Shown: in pieces, positions 18,868-28,770 of the stretch
How positions within the stretch are numbered: the stretch's first letter is position 1
Layout of the letters: every line of letters begins with the position of its first letter
NCBI GenBank assembly: GCA_009924895.1
Contig: RFQR01000001.1
Coordinates: 15,575 to 79,574 of the forward strand
DNA: 64,000 bases
Origin: a bacterium
GTDB lineage: Bacteria; Patescibacteriota; Minisyncoccia; Phycocordibacterales; UBA2100
Direction of reading: 5' to 3'
Notes under the pieces: generated by a model
Databases searched by the model: none
The model's input: the letters and a program-made list of their open reading frames with translations, nothing else
Told to the model about the DNA's origin: nothing
Position numbers and translations under genes: made by a program

Positions 18868-19602
18868 ATGAATGACACGACCTATATTTATGGCAAGCAC
18901 ACCGTAGAGGAAGCAATCAAGATGCACCCGCATCGTATCGAGTGTGTGTATGTCGGACCACATGAAAAAGAAATCATAGGGCTTGCGCGTAAGAAAAATG
19001 TCCGTATCGAATCACTCGATATGCGCGCGCTTTCAAATTTTGAGGACGTGAATCACCAACATGTTGTTGCTCTGGTAGAAGTACCCGCTCCACTTACTCT
19101 CGAAGCTTTTCTTCATGACCGAGAAATTACCGCACATACTGCGCTCGTTCTTCTCGCTGAAATCCAAGACCCGCACAATGTGGGTGCAATCATCCGTAGT
19201 GCAGCGGCTTTTGGCGTCTCTGGTATTCTTATTCCTGAGCGAAGACAGTCGCCAATAACGGGAACTGTCGCCAAAGTATCAGCGGGCATGGTATTTGCGG
19301 TCCCCACGATTGCAATCGGAAACATTAATCAAACACTCGGCGCCTTAAAGAAACATGGTTTTTGGATCTATGGCCTTGCCGGTGAGGGACGTAATCCTTT
19401 GCCCGCCGAGAGATTCGACGCTCCGGCAGTGTTTGTGATTGGGAACGAAGGGGAGGGATTACGCGAAAAAACCCAAGAGCACTGTGATATCGTGCTTTCC
19501 ATACCGATGCATCCGCAGTGCGAATCTTTGAACGCCTCTGCCTCTGCCGCTGCAGTGTTATATGCGTGGAGTGCCCAACACCCCCAAGCTCTTGCAAAAT
19601 AA
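18868..19602 (+). CDS. rlmB: TrmH/SpoU-family 2'-O-methyltransferase (RlmB-like)
   Basis: IYGKH, DPHNVGAIIRS, GNEGEG, SLNAS motifs. Confidence 0.85.
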   Translation: MNDTTYIYGKHTVEEAIKMHPHRIECVYVGPHEKEIIGLARKKNVRIESLDMRALSNFEDVNHQHVVALVEVPAPLTLEAFLHDREITAHTALVLLAEIQDPHNVGAIIRSAAAFGVSGILIPERRQSPITGTVAKVSAGMVFAVPTIAIGNINQTLGALKKHGFWIYGLAGEGRNPLPAERFDAPAVFVIGNEGEGLREKTQEHCDIVLSIPMHPQCESLNASASAAAVLYAWSAQHPQALAK

Positions 19603-19829
19603 TAGTTTCGTGAGCTGATATTTTACCCACCCCTATTTTTTGGCTTAATCTCCCTTAGCGGCTGAGGATCATGTTTTTGTGACTTGCATGAAAATGCCAA
19701 AAGCACACGATTATAGTGTTATTAGTTTAAACGAACACTACTATGTTCAATCCGCCTCAGAAGGGTGGTCCCCAGAAGGGAGGCCCTGCAAAGTAACTGC
19801 CTGAACTCATGCCGCGGCGTGAGGAATGG

Positions 19830-19853
19830 AAGAGGCGGCGACGGCCGCCTCTT
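19830..19853 (+). terminator. GC-rich hairpin terminator
   Basis: AAGAGGCGGC-GACG-GCCGCCTCTT. Confidence 0.65.
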
Positions 19854-19869
19854 GTGTTAGGATAAACTT

Positions 19870-20943
19870 ATGCTGCATACGCCATTTTACGACCCGACAA
19901 AGACTTACTACGATAATCTGCACCATGGTCCATTTGGTGCGTTTGCTGACACCGACATAGTTGAGATAGGGGAGCCTCGATTTGATTTTTGCGGTCAAAA
20001 GATTTCGTACCCGCTCGGGATTCCTGCAGGGCCACTTCTCGACAGCAAATTTGTCTCGGCAGCGTTTCAAAAGGGCTTTGATGTGCCAGTGTATAAAACA
20101 GTACGTTCACGAGAATTTCCCTGTCACTCGTTTCCAAATGTGTTGTCAGTACGCGTTGACGGAGATCTTACTTTAGAAAAAGCGACGACACCACTTGTCG
20201 CGGATGCAAATTATGGCGAACCTCTTTCAATCACTAACTCTTTTGGTGTACCGTCACGTCCGACAGATGAGTGGAAAGCTGATGCAAAAAAGGCTGTTAA
20301 CGCTGCACGAAAAGGCCAGGTTATGGTGATGAGTTTTATGGGTACGGTTCAGGAAGGACAGACACCAGATCAGTTCGTTGCTGATTATGGAGAAGCTGCA
20401 AAACAATCACTCGAGACCGGTGCAAAAATACTCGAGACAAATCTTTCGTGTCCAAATATTGGAAATGAAGGACTGGTCTGTTACAACCTTGACATGACAG
20501 CAAAAGTAGCGAAAGCGATACGCGATACAATCGGTTCGATACCGCTTATTTTGAAGGTGGGATATTATCGAGATGGTGCTCAGGTGCGTGAGCTTGCTGC
20601 AATCACAAACGAATACGCCGATGGTATTTCTTTAATCAATACTATTCAAGCAACGATTGTAGATGAAAAAGGGAATCAGGCCCTTCCGGGAAAGATGCGC
20701 GCTAAAAGTGGTGTCTGTGGTGCGACCATAAAGTGGGCGGGTCTTGAAATGACCGAGAAGTTGATCCAAGCGCGCGATGCGCTCGGTGCAAAATTTGCCG
20801 TGATTGGCTGTGGAGGGGTTACGGTGCCTGCTGATTTTAAAGAATATCGCAAGCGTGGCGCAGATGTTGTGATGAGCGCGACAGGTGCGATGTGGAATCC
20901 ATTTCTTGCTGCTGAGATTCGTGCTCTGTACCCACACGCATAA
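19870..20943 (+). CDS. Dihydroorotate dehydrogenase-like FMN oxidoreductase
   Basis: GIPAGP, YKT, NSFG, ETNLSCPN, INTI, IGCGGV motifs. Confidence 0.8.
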   Translation: MLHTPFYDPTKTYYDNLHHGPFGAFADTDIVEIGEPRFDFCGQKISYPLGIPAGPLLDSKFVSAAFQKGFDVPVYKTVRSREFPCHSFPNVLSVRVDGDLTLEKATTPLVADANYGEPLSITNSFGVPSRPTDEWKADAKKAVNAARKGQVMVMSFMGTVQEGQTPDQFVADYGEAAKQSLETGAKILETNLSCPNIGNEGLVCYNLDMTAKVAKAIRDTIGSIPLILKVGYYRDGAQVRELAAITNEYADGISLINTIQATIVDEKGNQALPGKMRAKSGVCGATIKWAGLEMTEKLIQARDALGAKFAVIGCGGVTVPADFKEYRKRGADVVMSATGAMWNPFLAAEIRALYPHA

Positions 20944-20948
20944 AATAT

Positions 20949-21503
20949 ATGAACCGAAAATCACGACTTTTTCTCGATGCCACCCTCATTGTAGTGGGAA
21001 TAGCATGTGCTTTTTTTATCGGAAGTTCTGATTTTGGTGAGCACCTTGGAGCGCTTGATACGTTGCAATTGTATGTGGGGAGCTTTGTTGCGGGTATATT
21101 TTTCACCTCGTTTATAACGATTGCCCCAGCTTCTGTTGCGTTTGCGGAACTTGCGCCTCATGCTTCGACTCTCGAAATCTCATTTTTTGGAGCACTCGGC
21201 GCTGTTATTGGAGACCTTACTATTTTTCTTTTTATTCGCGATCGATTGGTAGAGGATGTGATGCACTTTATCTTGATTCCGCAAGGAAAACGGTGGCGAG
21301 CGCTGTTGCGTCGCAAACACTTACGCTACCTCATGGCGTTTCTCGGTGCGCTCATAGTGGCATCACCGCTTCCTGATGAGATTGGTCTTGCGATGATGGG
21401 TATCTCTCGAATGAAAACCTCTCTTCTTGTTCCTATTGCGTTTGTGACTAATTATATTGGAATTGCTGCGCTTATCACACTGGTTCATGCGATTGCGGCC
21501 TAA
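20949..21503 (+). CDS. Membrane protein (DedA/VTT-like)
   Basis: Multi-TM; GALGAVIGD and SPLPDEIG motifs. Confidence 0.7.
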   Translation: MNRKSRLFLDATLIVVGIACAFFIGSSDFGEHLGALDTLQLYVGSFVAGIFFTSFITIAPASVAFAELAPHASTLEISFFGALGAVIGDLTIFLFIRDRLVEDVMHFILIPQGKRWRALLRRKHLRYLMAFLGALIVASPLPDEIGLAMMGISRMKTSLLVPIAFVTNYIGIAALITLVHAIAA

Positions 21504-22485
21504 AGTACTGCCACGTGCCAAAGAGGCTATCGCTCGAAACATTTTTCCCGGATGTGTCATTGGCTCTCTGTGTAATGGGGTACGAGAAGTAGAAGCGTTC
21601 GGGTCGCTTTGTCAGGATACAGAGGAGGTACAGCCCAACACGGTGTATGATTGCGCATCAATTACGAAATCGGTCGTGACAGCTACACTGGCGCATCAGT
21701 TATTGGACGAAGGAAGAATTAGTCTTGATACCAGGCTCATTGAACACGTGCCGGAGTATGCCGCACGATGGCGCGATGAAATCACGGTGTGGCACTTACT
21801 CACGCATACGGTAGGTGGCTACGCACTGTCGCAGTGGAAGGAAAAGAGTGCAAAAGAAATAGAGCAGCTCGTGATGACGACGGATTTTGCGTGGCGACCG
21901 GGGGAGCGATATGCGTACGGTAATGTTTCCTCACTTCTCCTCGGTCTCCTACTAGAGAGGGTGCTCGGAAAGTCGCTTCTTGATTCTGCCCGTACTTGTA
22001 TCTTTAAACCATACGATATGAAACAAAGCTCCATGATTTCAACATCGTATTCATGCGCCCCGGCTGAGATTGTTGACAGTACTGAAGTGTGCGGAGTTGT
22101 GCATGACGAGAGTGCTCGTATGTTTGCTCGCGAAAGGAGGGCGGTGGGACACGCCGGACTTTTTTCTACCGCAGATGACCTCCTTACGTTTGCTGAAGCT
22201 TTTATGAAAGGCGAAATCGTATCGAACGGAATTATATCTGTGCTCCAAAAAAATCAGATTGAACATCTCGGGTCTTCGACCGGATTAGGATGGGAATTAC
22301 ATCAAGAATGGATGGGTAATTACACCAACGCTATTGGGAAAACTGGTTTTACCGGTACGAGTATTCTTATTGACCGCGCGCAACAAAAAGCATGCGTGAT
22401 TCTTTCGAACCGAACGTATCCTCGGCGGCCTACTGATAGCAGGACCATAACTGCGTTTCGCAAAGCGGTGCACTGTTCTTTCTAA
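21487..22485 (+). CDS. Beta-lactamase class C-like serine hydrolase
   Basis: SITK (SxxK), LLTHT, YGN, GHAGLFS, GKTGFTG motifs. Confidence 0.9.
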   Translation: MRLRPKVLPRAKEAIARNIFPGCVIGSLCNGVREVEAFGSLCQDTEEVQPNTVYDCASITKSVVTATLAHQLLDEGRISLDTRLIEHVPEYAARWRDEITVWHLLTHTVGGYALSQWKEKSAKEIEQLVMTTDFAWRPGERYAYGNVSSLLLGLLLERVLGKSLLDSARTCIFKPYDMKQSSMISTSYSCAPAEIVDSTEVCGVVHDESARMFARERRAVGHAGLFSTADDLLTFAEAFMKGEIVSNGIISVLQKNQIEHLGSSTGLGWELHQEWMGNYTNAIGKTGFTGTSILIDRAQQKACVILSNRTYPRRPTDSRTITAFRKAVHCSF

Positions 22486-22487
22486 AT

Positions 22488-22591
22488 CAAAAGAGGCTCT
22501 GAAGAGTCTCTTGAGAAAAGTGCTGATGGCCTCGCGCCACACCCGTCCAAGACAGGCCACCAGCTAGGCGTCTCGGCGGGTAACTAAATCT
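22488..22591 (-). ncRNA. Candidate stand-alone structured small RNA
   Basis: Extended -10 TGcTATACT (22598-22603), an 11-bp GC stem and a terminal hairpin with U-run; no ORF. Confidence 0.4.
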
Positions 22592-22611
22592 ATACAGAGT
22601 ATAGCACAACG

Positions 22612-23172
22612 CTACGCGCGTTCAACGTACTCACCGGTTTGTGTGTTGATGCGAACGACGTCGCCCATCTCTACAAACATGGGGGTGTTTACCGTGGCGC
22701 CAGTCTCCAGCGTGACTACTTTGTTGCCACCTTGTGCGGTATTACCTTTAATATTCGGTGGTGCTTCAACGACTTTCAATTCGACTTTTGCCGGGAGTTG
22801 AACGGCAACAGGATTATCCTCAAACGTAAGTATGGTGACCTGGGTGTTTGCCTTTAGCCACTGGAGCTGCTCACCGACAACGTCTTGGGGAAGAGAAAAG
22901 CGCGATGATTTGTCACCAACGTAATGGAACCAGACTTCACCTTTGCCTGTAAATATGTAGATCGCCTCTTTTTTAGCAACATCAGCTTCTTCGAGTTTGT
23001 CAGATTGTTGAAATGAGTACTCGATGGTATTTCCTTTTAAGAGGTGGCGAAGCTTGGTTTGATTGACGGGGCGGCGCTGCTGTTTTTGCATGATATTGTT
23101 CCACACCACCACATATGGTTCACCCTCGACTAATACAATTACCCCTGGCTTTGCATCGTTATAGTTCAACAT
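22612..23172 (-). CDS. efp: Elongation factor P
   Basis: KOW-like N-terminus, LETGA...PMFVEMGD...YVERA C-terminus; loop reads KQQRR instead of KPGKG. Confidence 0.92.
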   Translation of the reverse strand: MLNYNDAKPGVIVLVEGEPYVVVWNNIMQKQQRRPVNQTKLRHLLKGNTIEYSFQQSDKLEEADVAKKEAIYIFTGKGEVWFHYVGDKSSRFSLPQDVVGEQLQWLKANTQVTILTFEDNPVAVQLPAKVELKVVEAPPNIKGNTAQGGNKVVTLETGATVNTPMFVEMGDVVRINTQTGEYVERA

Positions 23173-23218
23173 GCGGCGTATTGTAGGCGTATTTTGTCAT
23201 TTGTCCACCACGTGTAAG

Positions 23219-23508
23219 CTACATCTTCTCCAAGTCTTCGGTCCACGAATCGCCCAAATATGTCTTGAGTGATGATTTTAACTTTTGAAACGCATCGTCA
23301 TCGAGAAGGGTTTTTGATAGTGTGAGCGCTGTTTTGAGTGGAAACGTGGACCCGATTTCTCCTCGAATGATACTATCAGCACGTCTGGTTATCTCCTCAA
23401 GGTTTCCCTGTACGATTGCGGGATTTTTCGCATGTGCAATCAGTTCTCGAATTGTTTTTGGAGATTTGTCTTCGGATTCTCCCCCTGGTTTTGTTCATCA
23501 AGTGCCAT
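23219..23508 (-). pseudogene. Frameshifted ~96-aa ORF directly downstream of recA
   Basis: The ATG 2 nt after the recA stop terminates after 22 codons; a startless frame stays open to 23219. One extra G in the G5 run joins them. Confidence 0.55.
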
Positions 23509-23510
23509 AT

Positions 23511-24578
23511 TTATTCATCTGATGACTCTCCGCCGCCTTTTGCAGTAAGTCCACCTTCATTAAGTCCCTTTCTGATAAGTTTGAGGAGCTCGTTGAGAAT
23601 GGGTTTGTTTTCGTGGAGGAAGGTGCGTGCAGCGTCATATCCGCGACCAAGCTTGTGCTCACCGTACTGATACACACCGCCAGAGGATTTGGAGATCAGT
23701 CCCATCTTTTCGCCGAGGGCCAAAACCTCGCCTTCTTTTGAGATACCTTCGCCGTAAAGCATATCAAATTCTACTTGTCGGAAGGGGGCGGCGACTTTAT
23801 TCTTCACGACTTTCACACGGTGTCTACCACCCATAACCTCGTCACCTTTCTTGATTTGGGCGATACGACGCACATCGATACGAACTGAAGTATAGAATTT
23901 GAGCGCCTTGCCACCCGGAGTGGTTTCAGGGTTACCAAACATCACGCCAATTTGCATGCGGATTTGGTTGATGAAGATGACAACGGTTTTAGTCTTTGCA
24001 CAAATTGCCGTAAGCTTACGGAGTGCTTGCGACATAAGCCGTGCTTGTTTGCCCACATGCTGTGAACCCATATCGCCCTCGATTTCATCTTTGGGAGTGA
24101 GCGCTGCAACTGAGTCAACAACGATGACATCTATCTTTCCACTGCGGACGAGTGATTCGACAATCTCAAGTGCTTGTTCACCGTTATCTGGTTGGGAAAC
24201 GAGAAGGGAACTGATGTCGACGCCAAGTTTCTTTGCATATTCAGGATCGAGTGCGTGCTCTGCGTCGATAAATGCACAGATGCCACCCTTTTTTTGTGCT
24301 TCGGCAACAGCGTGAAGACAGAGTGTTGTTTTACCCGAACTTTCGGGGCCAAAAATTTCAATGATGCGTCCGCGGGGTAAGCCGCCGATGCCGAGCGCCC
24401 AGTCGATGCCGATAGAGCCGGTTGGGATTGCGTCAATATCGACTTTTGGCGTCTCACCAAGCTTCATGATTGAATCGTCTCCAAACTTCGTCTTAATTTC
24501 TGAGAGCGCTCGCTCGATGTCCTTGTCAGAACCAGTACCTACTTCTTTCGGAGGAGCCTTTTCTTTCTTTGCTTTCAT
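23511..24578 (-). CDS. recA: Recombinase A
   Basis: [40 protein letters not shown] motifs. Confidence 0.98.
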   Translation of the reverse strand: MKAKKEKAPPKEVGTGSDKDIERALSEIKTKFGDDSIMKLGETPKVDIDAIPTGSIGIDWALGIGGLPRGRIIEIFGPESSGKTTLCLHAVAEAQKKGGICAFIDAEHALDPEYAKKLGVDISSLLVSQPDNGEQALEIVESLVRSGKIDVIVVDSVAALTPKDEIEGDMGSQHVGKQARLMSQALRKLTAICAKTKTVVIFINQIRMQIGVMFGNPETTPGGKALKFYTSVRIDVRRIAQIKKGDEVMGGRHRVKVVKNKVAAPFRQVEFDMLYGEGISKEGEVLALGEKMGLISKSSGGVYQYGEHKLGRGYDAARTFLHENKPILNELLKLIRKGLNEGGLTAKGGGESSDE

Positions 24579-24620
24579 ATGATGTATTTCAGGTTAGGCT
24601 AATAGGAGCAGTGTACGTCC

Positions 24621-25016
24621 TTACGGCGCGGGGGCAAGTAGCGGTGTGGACGATGAAATAGGGGCGATGACCAGGGGTTCATACTGCACCTCTATTATTT
24701 TTTCTGTTCGGGTACCGTATTTATCGACTGCCGAAAGAAGAATTTGATTGTATCCTACATATAACACGTACGGAGATTGGAACGATCCGTCTTCTGCGAC
24801 TGAAATTTGCTTTCCATTCATAAAAAGAGATGCGATGTTCTCGGCTTTTCCTTTGACAACAATAAGGGGATCGTGAACAAGGGTTTGTTTGGCGGGAACG
24901 GTAATCGAAGGCCCGTAGAGGAGGGCACGCGCCTCAAAATAGGCATATCCAACAAGGCATATAAAAAAGAGGGTAAGTATCGCAGTCGAAAATCGGGTTT
25001 CTCGATACGGGAGCAT
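24621..25016 (-). CDS. Membrane-anchored Ig-like (beta-rich) hypothetical protein
   Basis: N-terminal TM; NG...DGSF...GYNQI...DKYG pattern. Confidence 0.7.
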   Translation of the reverse strand: MLPYRETRFSTAILTLFFICLVGYAYFEARALLYGPSITVPAKQTLVHDPLIVVKGKAENIASLFMNGKQISVAEDGSFQSPYVLYVGYNQILLSAVDKYGTRTEKIIEVQYEPLVIAPISSSTPLLAPAP

Positions 25017-25018
25017 AG

Positions 25019-27265
25019 CTACGTTTTTGCGATCTCCTCGCTCTCTGTTTCAGAGTCTGTTTCGGACGATTCTTGCGCCAATTCATCAGCATTACCGGCG
25101 CCAATCACTTCACGAGGCTTAGCTCCGTCGCCGGGGCCAATGACACCCCGATCTTCAAGAATGTCTATGAGGCGTGCGGCACGTGAATAGCCCACCTTTA
25201 ATTTACGCTGAAGGTAGGATGTCGATGCCTTACCAGCCTCAAGAACTGCCGCCCTTGCTTCTCCATACAGTTCATCTTCCTCATCGTCATCCACGATTGA
25301 TGAGAAGATGGCGTCGGTACCGCTGCCCACTTTTCCTGCTTCTTCAAAATTAATCTCACTCGGTAGCTGCCCTTCGGCAAGTTTAGCAAGGTGTGCGGCA
25401 ACCCTCTTTACTTCTGATTCAGAAATGTATGGTGCCTGGATGCGCACCGGCTTCGACATGTCACCCGAGAGGAAGAGCATGTCACCGGCACCCAACAGTT
25501 TTTCAGCGCCGCTCATATCAAGAATAGTACGTGAGTCTATTTGCGATGATACCTGCAACGCGACTCGCGCGGGCACGTTGGCTTTAATGAGACCAGTGAT
25601 GACTTTGACCGATGGTCGCTGAGTGGAGAGCACCAAGTGAATACCAACGGCACGGCTCATTTGAGCGAGACGAACGATACCTGCTTCCAGTTCGCGCGGA
25701 TATGCTTGCATGATGTCGGCGAGCTCGTCGATGATGACCACTATATAGGGCATGGCTTCCGGCAACTTTTCTCCTTCTTCTCCGGTTGCTGTGTCCAAAG
25801 CAGGCTTCACGATGTTAGCGTGGTACGAACCTATGTCGCGCACTTTTTCTGTTTCAAGAATCCCATACCGTCTATCCATTTCTTTTGCGAGCCACTTGAG
25901 CGCGAGGATTGCTTTCTTTGCATCCGTTATAACCGGGGTAAGAAGGTGGGGAATGGCGTTATAGAGCGTGAGCTCGACGCGCTTAGGATCAACCATGATA
26001 AAGCGAAGTTTGTCAGGTCCACAGCGATAGAGAAGAGAGACAATAAAGTCATGAATGGTTACGGACTTACCGGCGCCGGTAGCACCCGCAACGAGCATGT
26101 GAGGCATCTTTGCAAGATCGGCAAAGTGAGGAGTCCCCGTGATGGAGCGACCGAGAGCAATAAGAAGCGGTTTCTCTGATTGTGTGAACTGCGGGTCAGT
26201 AAAAATCGGAGCAAGGCCGAGCGTGGTGCGGGCGATATTTGGTACCTCGATACCAACAAGCGATTTGCCGGGAATGGGTGCTTCGATGCGTACCGGAGAA
26301 GCAGCGAGGGCGAGTTCAAGGTTTGATTGTAAGGCAACGATTTTTGCAAGGCGCACCCCCTCTGCTGGTTTCATCGAATAGCGGGTAACGGTAGGACCAA
26401 TTGATGCTTCATCCATCTCGACCGTGATGCCAAAATTTTGCAGTGTGCGTTTGATGATGTTCATATTACCTTTTACATCACCAACCTCGGGCTTGCCTTT
26501 ATTTTTTGAAAGCAGGGAAACGGGCGGTGCTTCATACTCGCCGGCACTCGCCGCAAAAATTGGAAAGCCAGCAGACTCTTCCGAGTCATTCATCGTAATC
26601 CTTGCCTTCTTCTCTTTCGGCAGCGGCTCTTCTCCTACCTCATCTTCTTGGGGAGGCGGCACGCTCTCTGCATTTTCTTCAGGCTCAGTTTCACCCAAAG
26701 GAACGTTCACCGTTGCCTCTTCAACATCGCGTTTACCAAACTCTTCTTCCTCGCGTACGGGAAAGAGCATGGTGTAGAGTCGGCCGAACAAATGTCCTAT
26801 ATGCGTATCAAACGAGATGATAAGTGAAGCGATGATAAAGGACACCAAAAAAATGACGGTTGCTGCGGTGTCAACAAACGGTACGAGTGTCGATGAGATG
26901 AGATATCCGAGGAGTCCGCCTTGACCCGGGAGTGCTATCTCCACGAGCCCGAGTGATGTGAGGAGAAAGAGCAGCATGCACAATGCCTGCACCCACCCAA
27001 AGTGCCGTTCAAAGGTACGAATGAGAGCGATTGCAAGAAGTACCAATGAAATGGGGAGGAGTAAGTAGCCAACACCAAGAAGATACGAAACCCCCGCATA
27101 CACAAGCACTCCGAAACTACCGCCCCCCTGGAAATCTGCAAGCACCAAAAAGCCGGCAATCGCAAGAGAGAACACGGCAGCAACACCGCGAAGTGCATCA
27201 GAACTAATGCTGCGTAGACGCTCTTCCTCATCAAGCTTTTGTCGTTTTACAGTTCGTTTTGCCAC
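25019..27265 (-). CDS. ftsK: DNA translocase FtsK/SpoIIIE
   Basis: 4-TM N-terminus, PHMLVAGATGAGKS, DELAD, TQRPS, gamma domain LQRKLKVGYSRAARLID. Confidence 0.97.
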   Translation of the reverse strand: MAKRTVKRQKLDEEERLRSISSDALRGVAAVFSLAIAGFLVLADFQGGGSFGVLVYAGVSYLLGVGYLLLPISLVLLAIALIRTFERHFGWVQALCMLLFLLTSLGLVEIALPGQGGLLGYLISSTLVPFVDTAATVIFLVSFIIASLIISFDTHIGHLFGRLYTMLFPVREEEEFGKRDVEEATVNVPLGETEPEENAESVPPPQEDEVGEEPLPKEKKARITMNDSEESAGFPIFAASAGEYEAPPVSLLSKNKGKPEVGDVKGNMNIIKRTLQNFGITVEMDEASIGPTVTRYSMKPAEGVRLAKIVALQSNLELALAASPVRIEAPIPGKSLVGIEVPNIARTTLGLAPIFTDPQFTQSEKPLLIALGRSITGTPHFADLAKMPHMLVAGATGAGKSVTIHDFIVSLLYRCGPDKLRFIMVDPKRVELTLYNAIPHLLTPVITDAKKAILALKWLAKEMDRRYGILETEKVRDIGSYHANIVKPALDTATGEEGEKLPEAMPYIVVIIDELADIMQAYPRELEAGIVRLAQMSRAVGIHLVLSTQRPSVKVITGLIKANVPARVALQVSSQIDSRTILDMSGAEKLLGAGDMLFLSGDMSKPVRIQAPYISESEVKRVAAHLAKLAEGQLPSEINFEEAGKVGSGTDAIFSSIVDDDEEDELYGEARAAVLEAGKASTSYLQRKLKVGYSRAARLIDILEDRGVIGPGDGAKPREVIGAGNADELAQESSETDSETESEEIAKT

Positions 27266-27310
27266 AGACGAATCATACCACCCAATGAACGTAAAAAAGC
27301 GGGGTAATCA

Positions 27311-27475
27311 AAGGACGATTAACGGACAGGTTACTTGCATAAAGTGAAAAACAAGGATATAACAAAAGACGTAATAAAGGACTTCAAAAGTCAAAAATAG
27401 AAGTCCTTAAAAAACAATGGACAATATAAAGACATATTCACAAAGAATATCAGACGTACAGTCGATAATTGACGA
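27311..27475. repeat. Phased A-rich/GAC motif array with internal inverted repeat
   Basis: AAGGAC/AAAGAC-like motifs recur at about 11-12-bp spacing; AAGGACTTC...GAAGTCCTT at 27377-27408. Confidence 0.5.
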
Positions 27476-28187
27476 TGTCCGTATCCGTTCAAATCCGTTT
27501 AGCTCGGACCCAGTGAAAGAGCGTTTTATGAATAGATGTGAGCGAATAATTCTTGCTCTTGGTCTTGTTACGAACAATATTCCTTTATCCGATACTGTTC
27601 GTGATTTAGTCCGAAATTCGTCTAATACGCTCATGCAAAAAGCCCTGCTTATAGACAATCAGCGTGACAGTGTTGCATCAGATCATGCCCGAGGTCTGAT
27701 AGCGACTATACGGTACCTCATCACGATTGTCCGTTTACTCCTTACCGCGGGATATGTGTCATCTTTGAATGCGCGTGCACTTGTTGAGGCGCTCGATGAG
27801 CTTGCGCTATCGGCGCAAGTGATATCAACGGGAGATTATACGTTCGGTAGATCTGATTTTTTTCCTCGCGAGGAAATGCTGATGCAGTCGCGGGAGCCTC
27901 AAAAAGATAGTAAAACAGTACTATCAAAAACAGAAAAGGACGTAACGAAATATGAGGTTATTAAAAGTACAAATTATGGACAATCTAAAAAAGACATGTC
28001 TGACCGTGCTCAGAATATACTTGCATGTCTTTCAAACGGTGCGCTTTTGAGCATAAAGGAAATCCGCATTCGTGTACCACAATACAGTGAGAAAATGATA
28101 CAACGTGAGCTTGCGCTTCTTGTCTCTGATGGTCGCGTGCGTAAGGTGGGTGAAAAGCGCTGGAGCCGCTACGTTCTTTCATTGTAG
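27417..28187 (+). CDS. Hypothetical protein with C-terminal DeoR-like winged HTH
   Basis: SIKEI...SEKMIQRELALLVSDGRVRKVGEKRWSRY. Confidence 0.8.
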   Translation: MDNIKTYSQRISDVQSIIDDVRIRSNPFSSDPVKERFMNRCERIILALGLVTNNIPLSDTVRDLVRNSSNTLMQKALLIDNQRDSVASDHARGLIATIRYLITIVRLLLTAGYVSSLNARALVEALDELALSAQVISTGDYTFGRSDFFPREEMLMQSREPQKDSKTVLSKTEKDVTKYEVIKSTNYGQSKKDMSDRAQNILACLSNGALLSIKEIRIRVPQYSEKMIQRELALLVSDGRVRKVGEKRWSRYVLSL

Positions 28188-28426
28188 TCCTGTTCTTTGA
28201 TTGTATCGATGAATGCTCCGCTGTCTGCAATGTTTAGGTGGAGTGCACGCCAGTTCTGAAGTGTATCGAGCTACTGCATACAACTTATAGAGAGCTCGCG
28301 ATAGTGTGAAAGTTTTTTCGGACATATTCGTCTTAGGCTATGTGCCACAAGGTACTGTCAATTGACTGATAGGCTGTGGTCGGGGTATCTTTCTCTGGTA
28401 ATCTGCTCAAGGCTTGCGCCCACAGG

Positions 28427-28435
28427 TTATCCACA
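28427..28435 (+). promoter_or_regulatory. Consensus DnaA box
   Basis: TTATCCACA upstream of the surface-protein promoter (-10 TATACT 28477-28482). Confidence 0.4.
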
Positions 28436-28547
28436 AAATGAGCCAATAACTGGACGGAGGCTGCGCACTTACTTGCTATACTTTATGGTACGTGCGACGC
28501 CTCTTTGTAGGCGTGCTCGTTTGCAAGTCGAAATGTGTTTCACTTGC

Positions 28548-28567
28548 TGTTCTTTGAAAACTAAATA
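28548..28567 (+). promoter_or_regulatory. boxA-like antitermination element in mRNA leader
   Basis: TGTTCTTTGAAAACTAAATA; 18/19 match to the 16S leader motif at 55789-55807. Confidence 0.65.
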
Positions 28568-28770
28568 GCGTTCTAAAAATTCTGAAATTCAGATATCTGT
28601 TCCGTATTTGTCCGCATGACAGAAATTCAGTCCCGATTTTTGCTGCTACTCCCGCGCCCTCATCTATTAGTAAACGAGGGAAGGGTTAGCATGGGTTTAA
28701 AGCCCACGATTATTAGTTGTCTCGATGCAGTTAATCTCTGCCTCGGGATACAACATTACATATAACTCAT

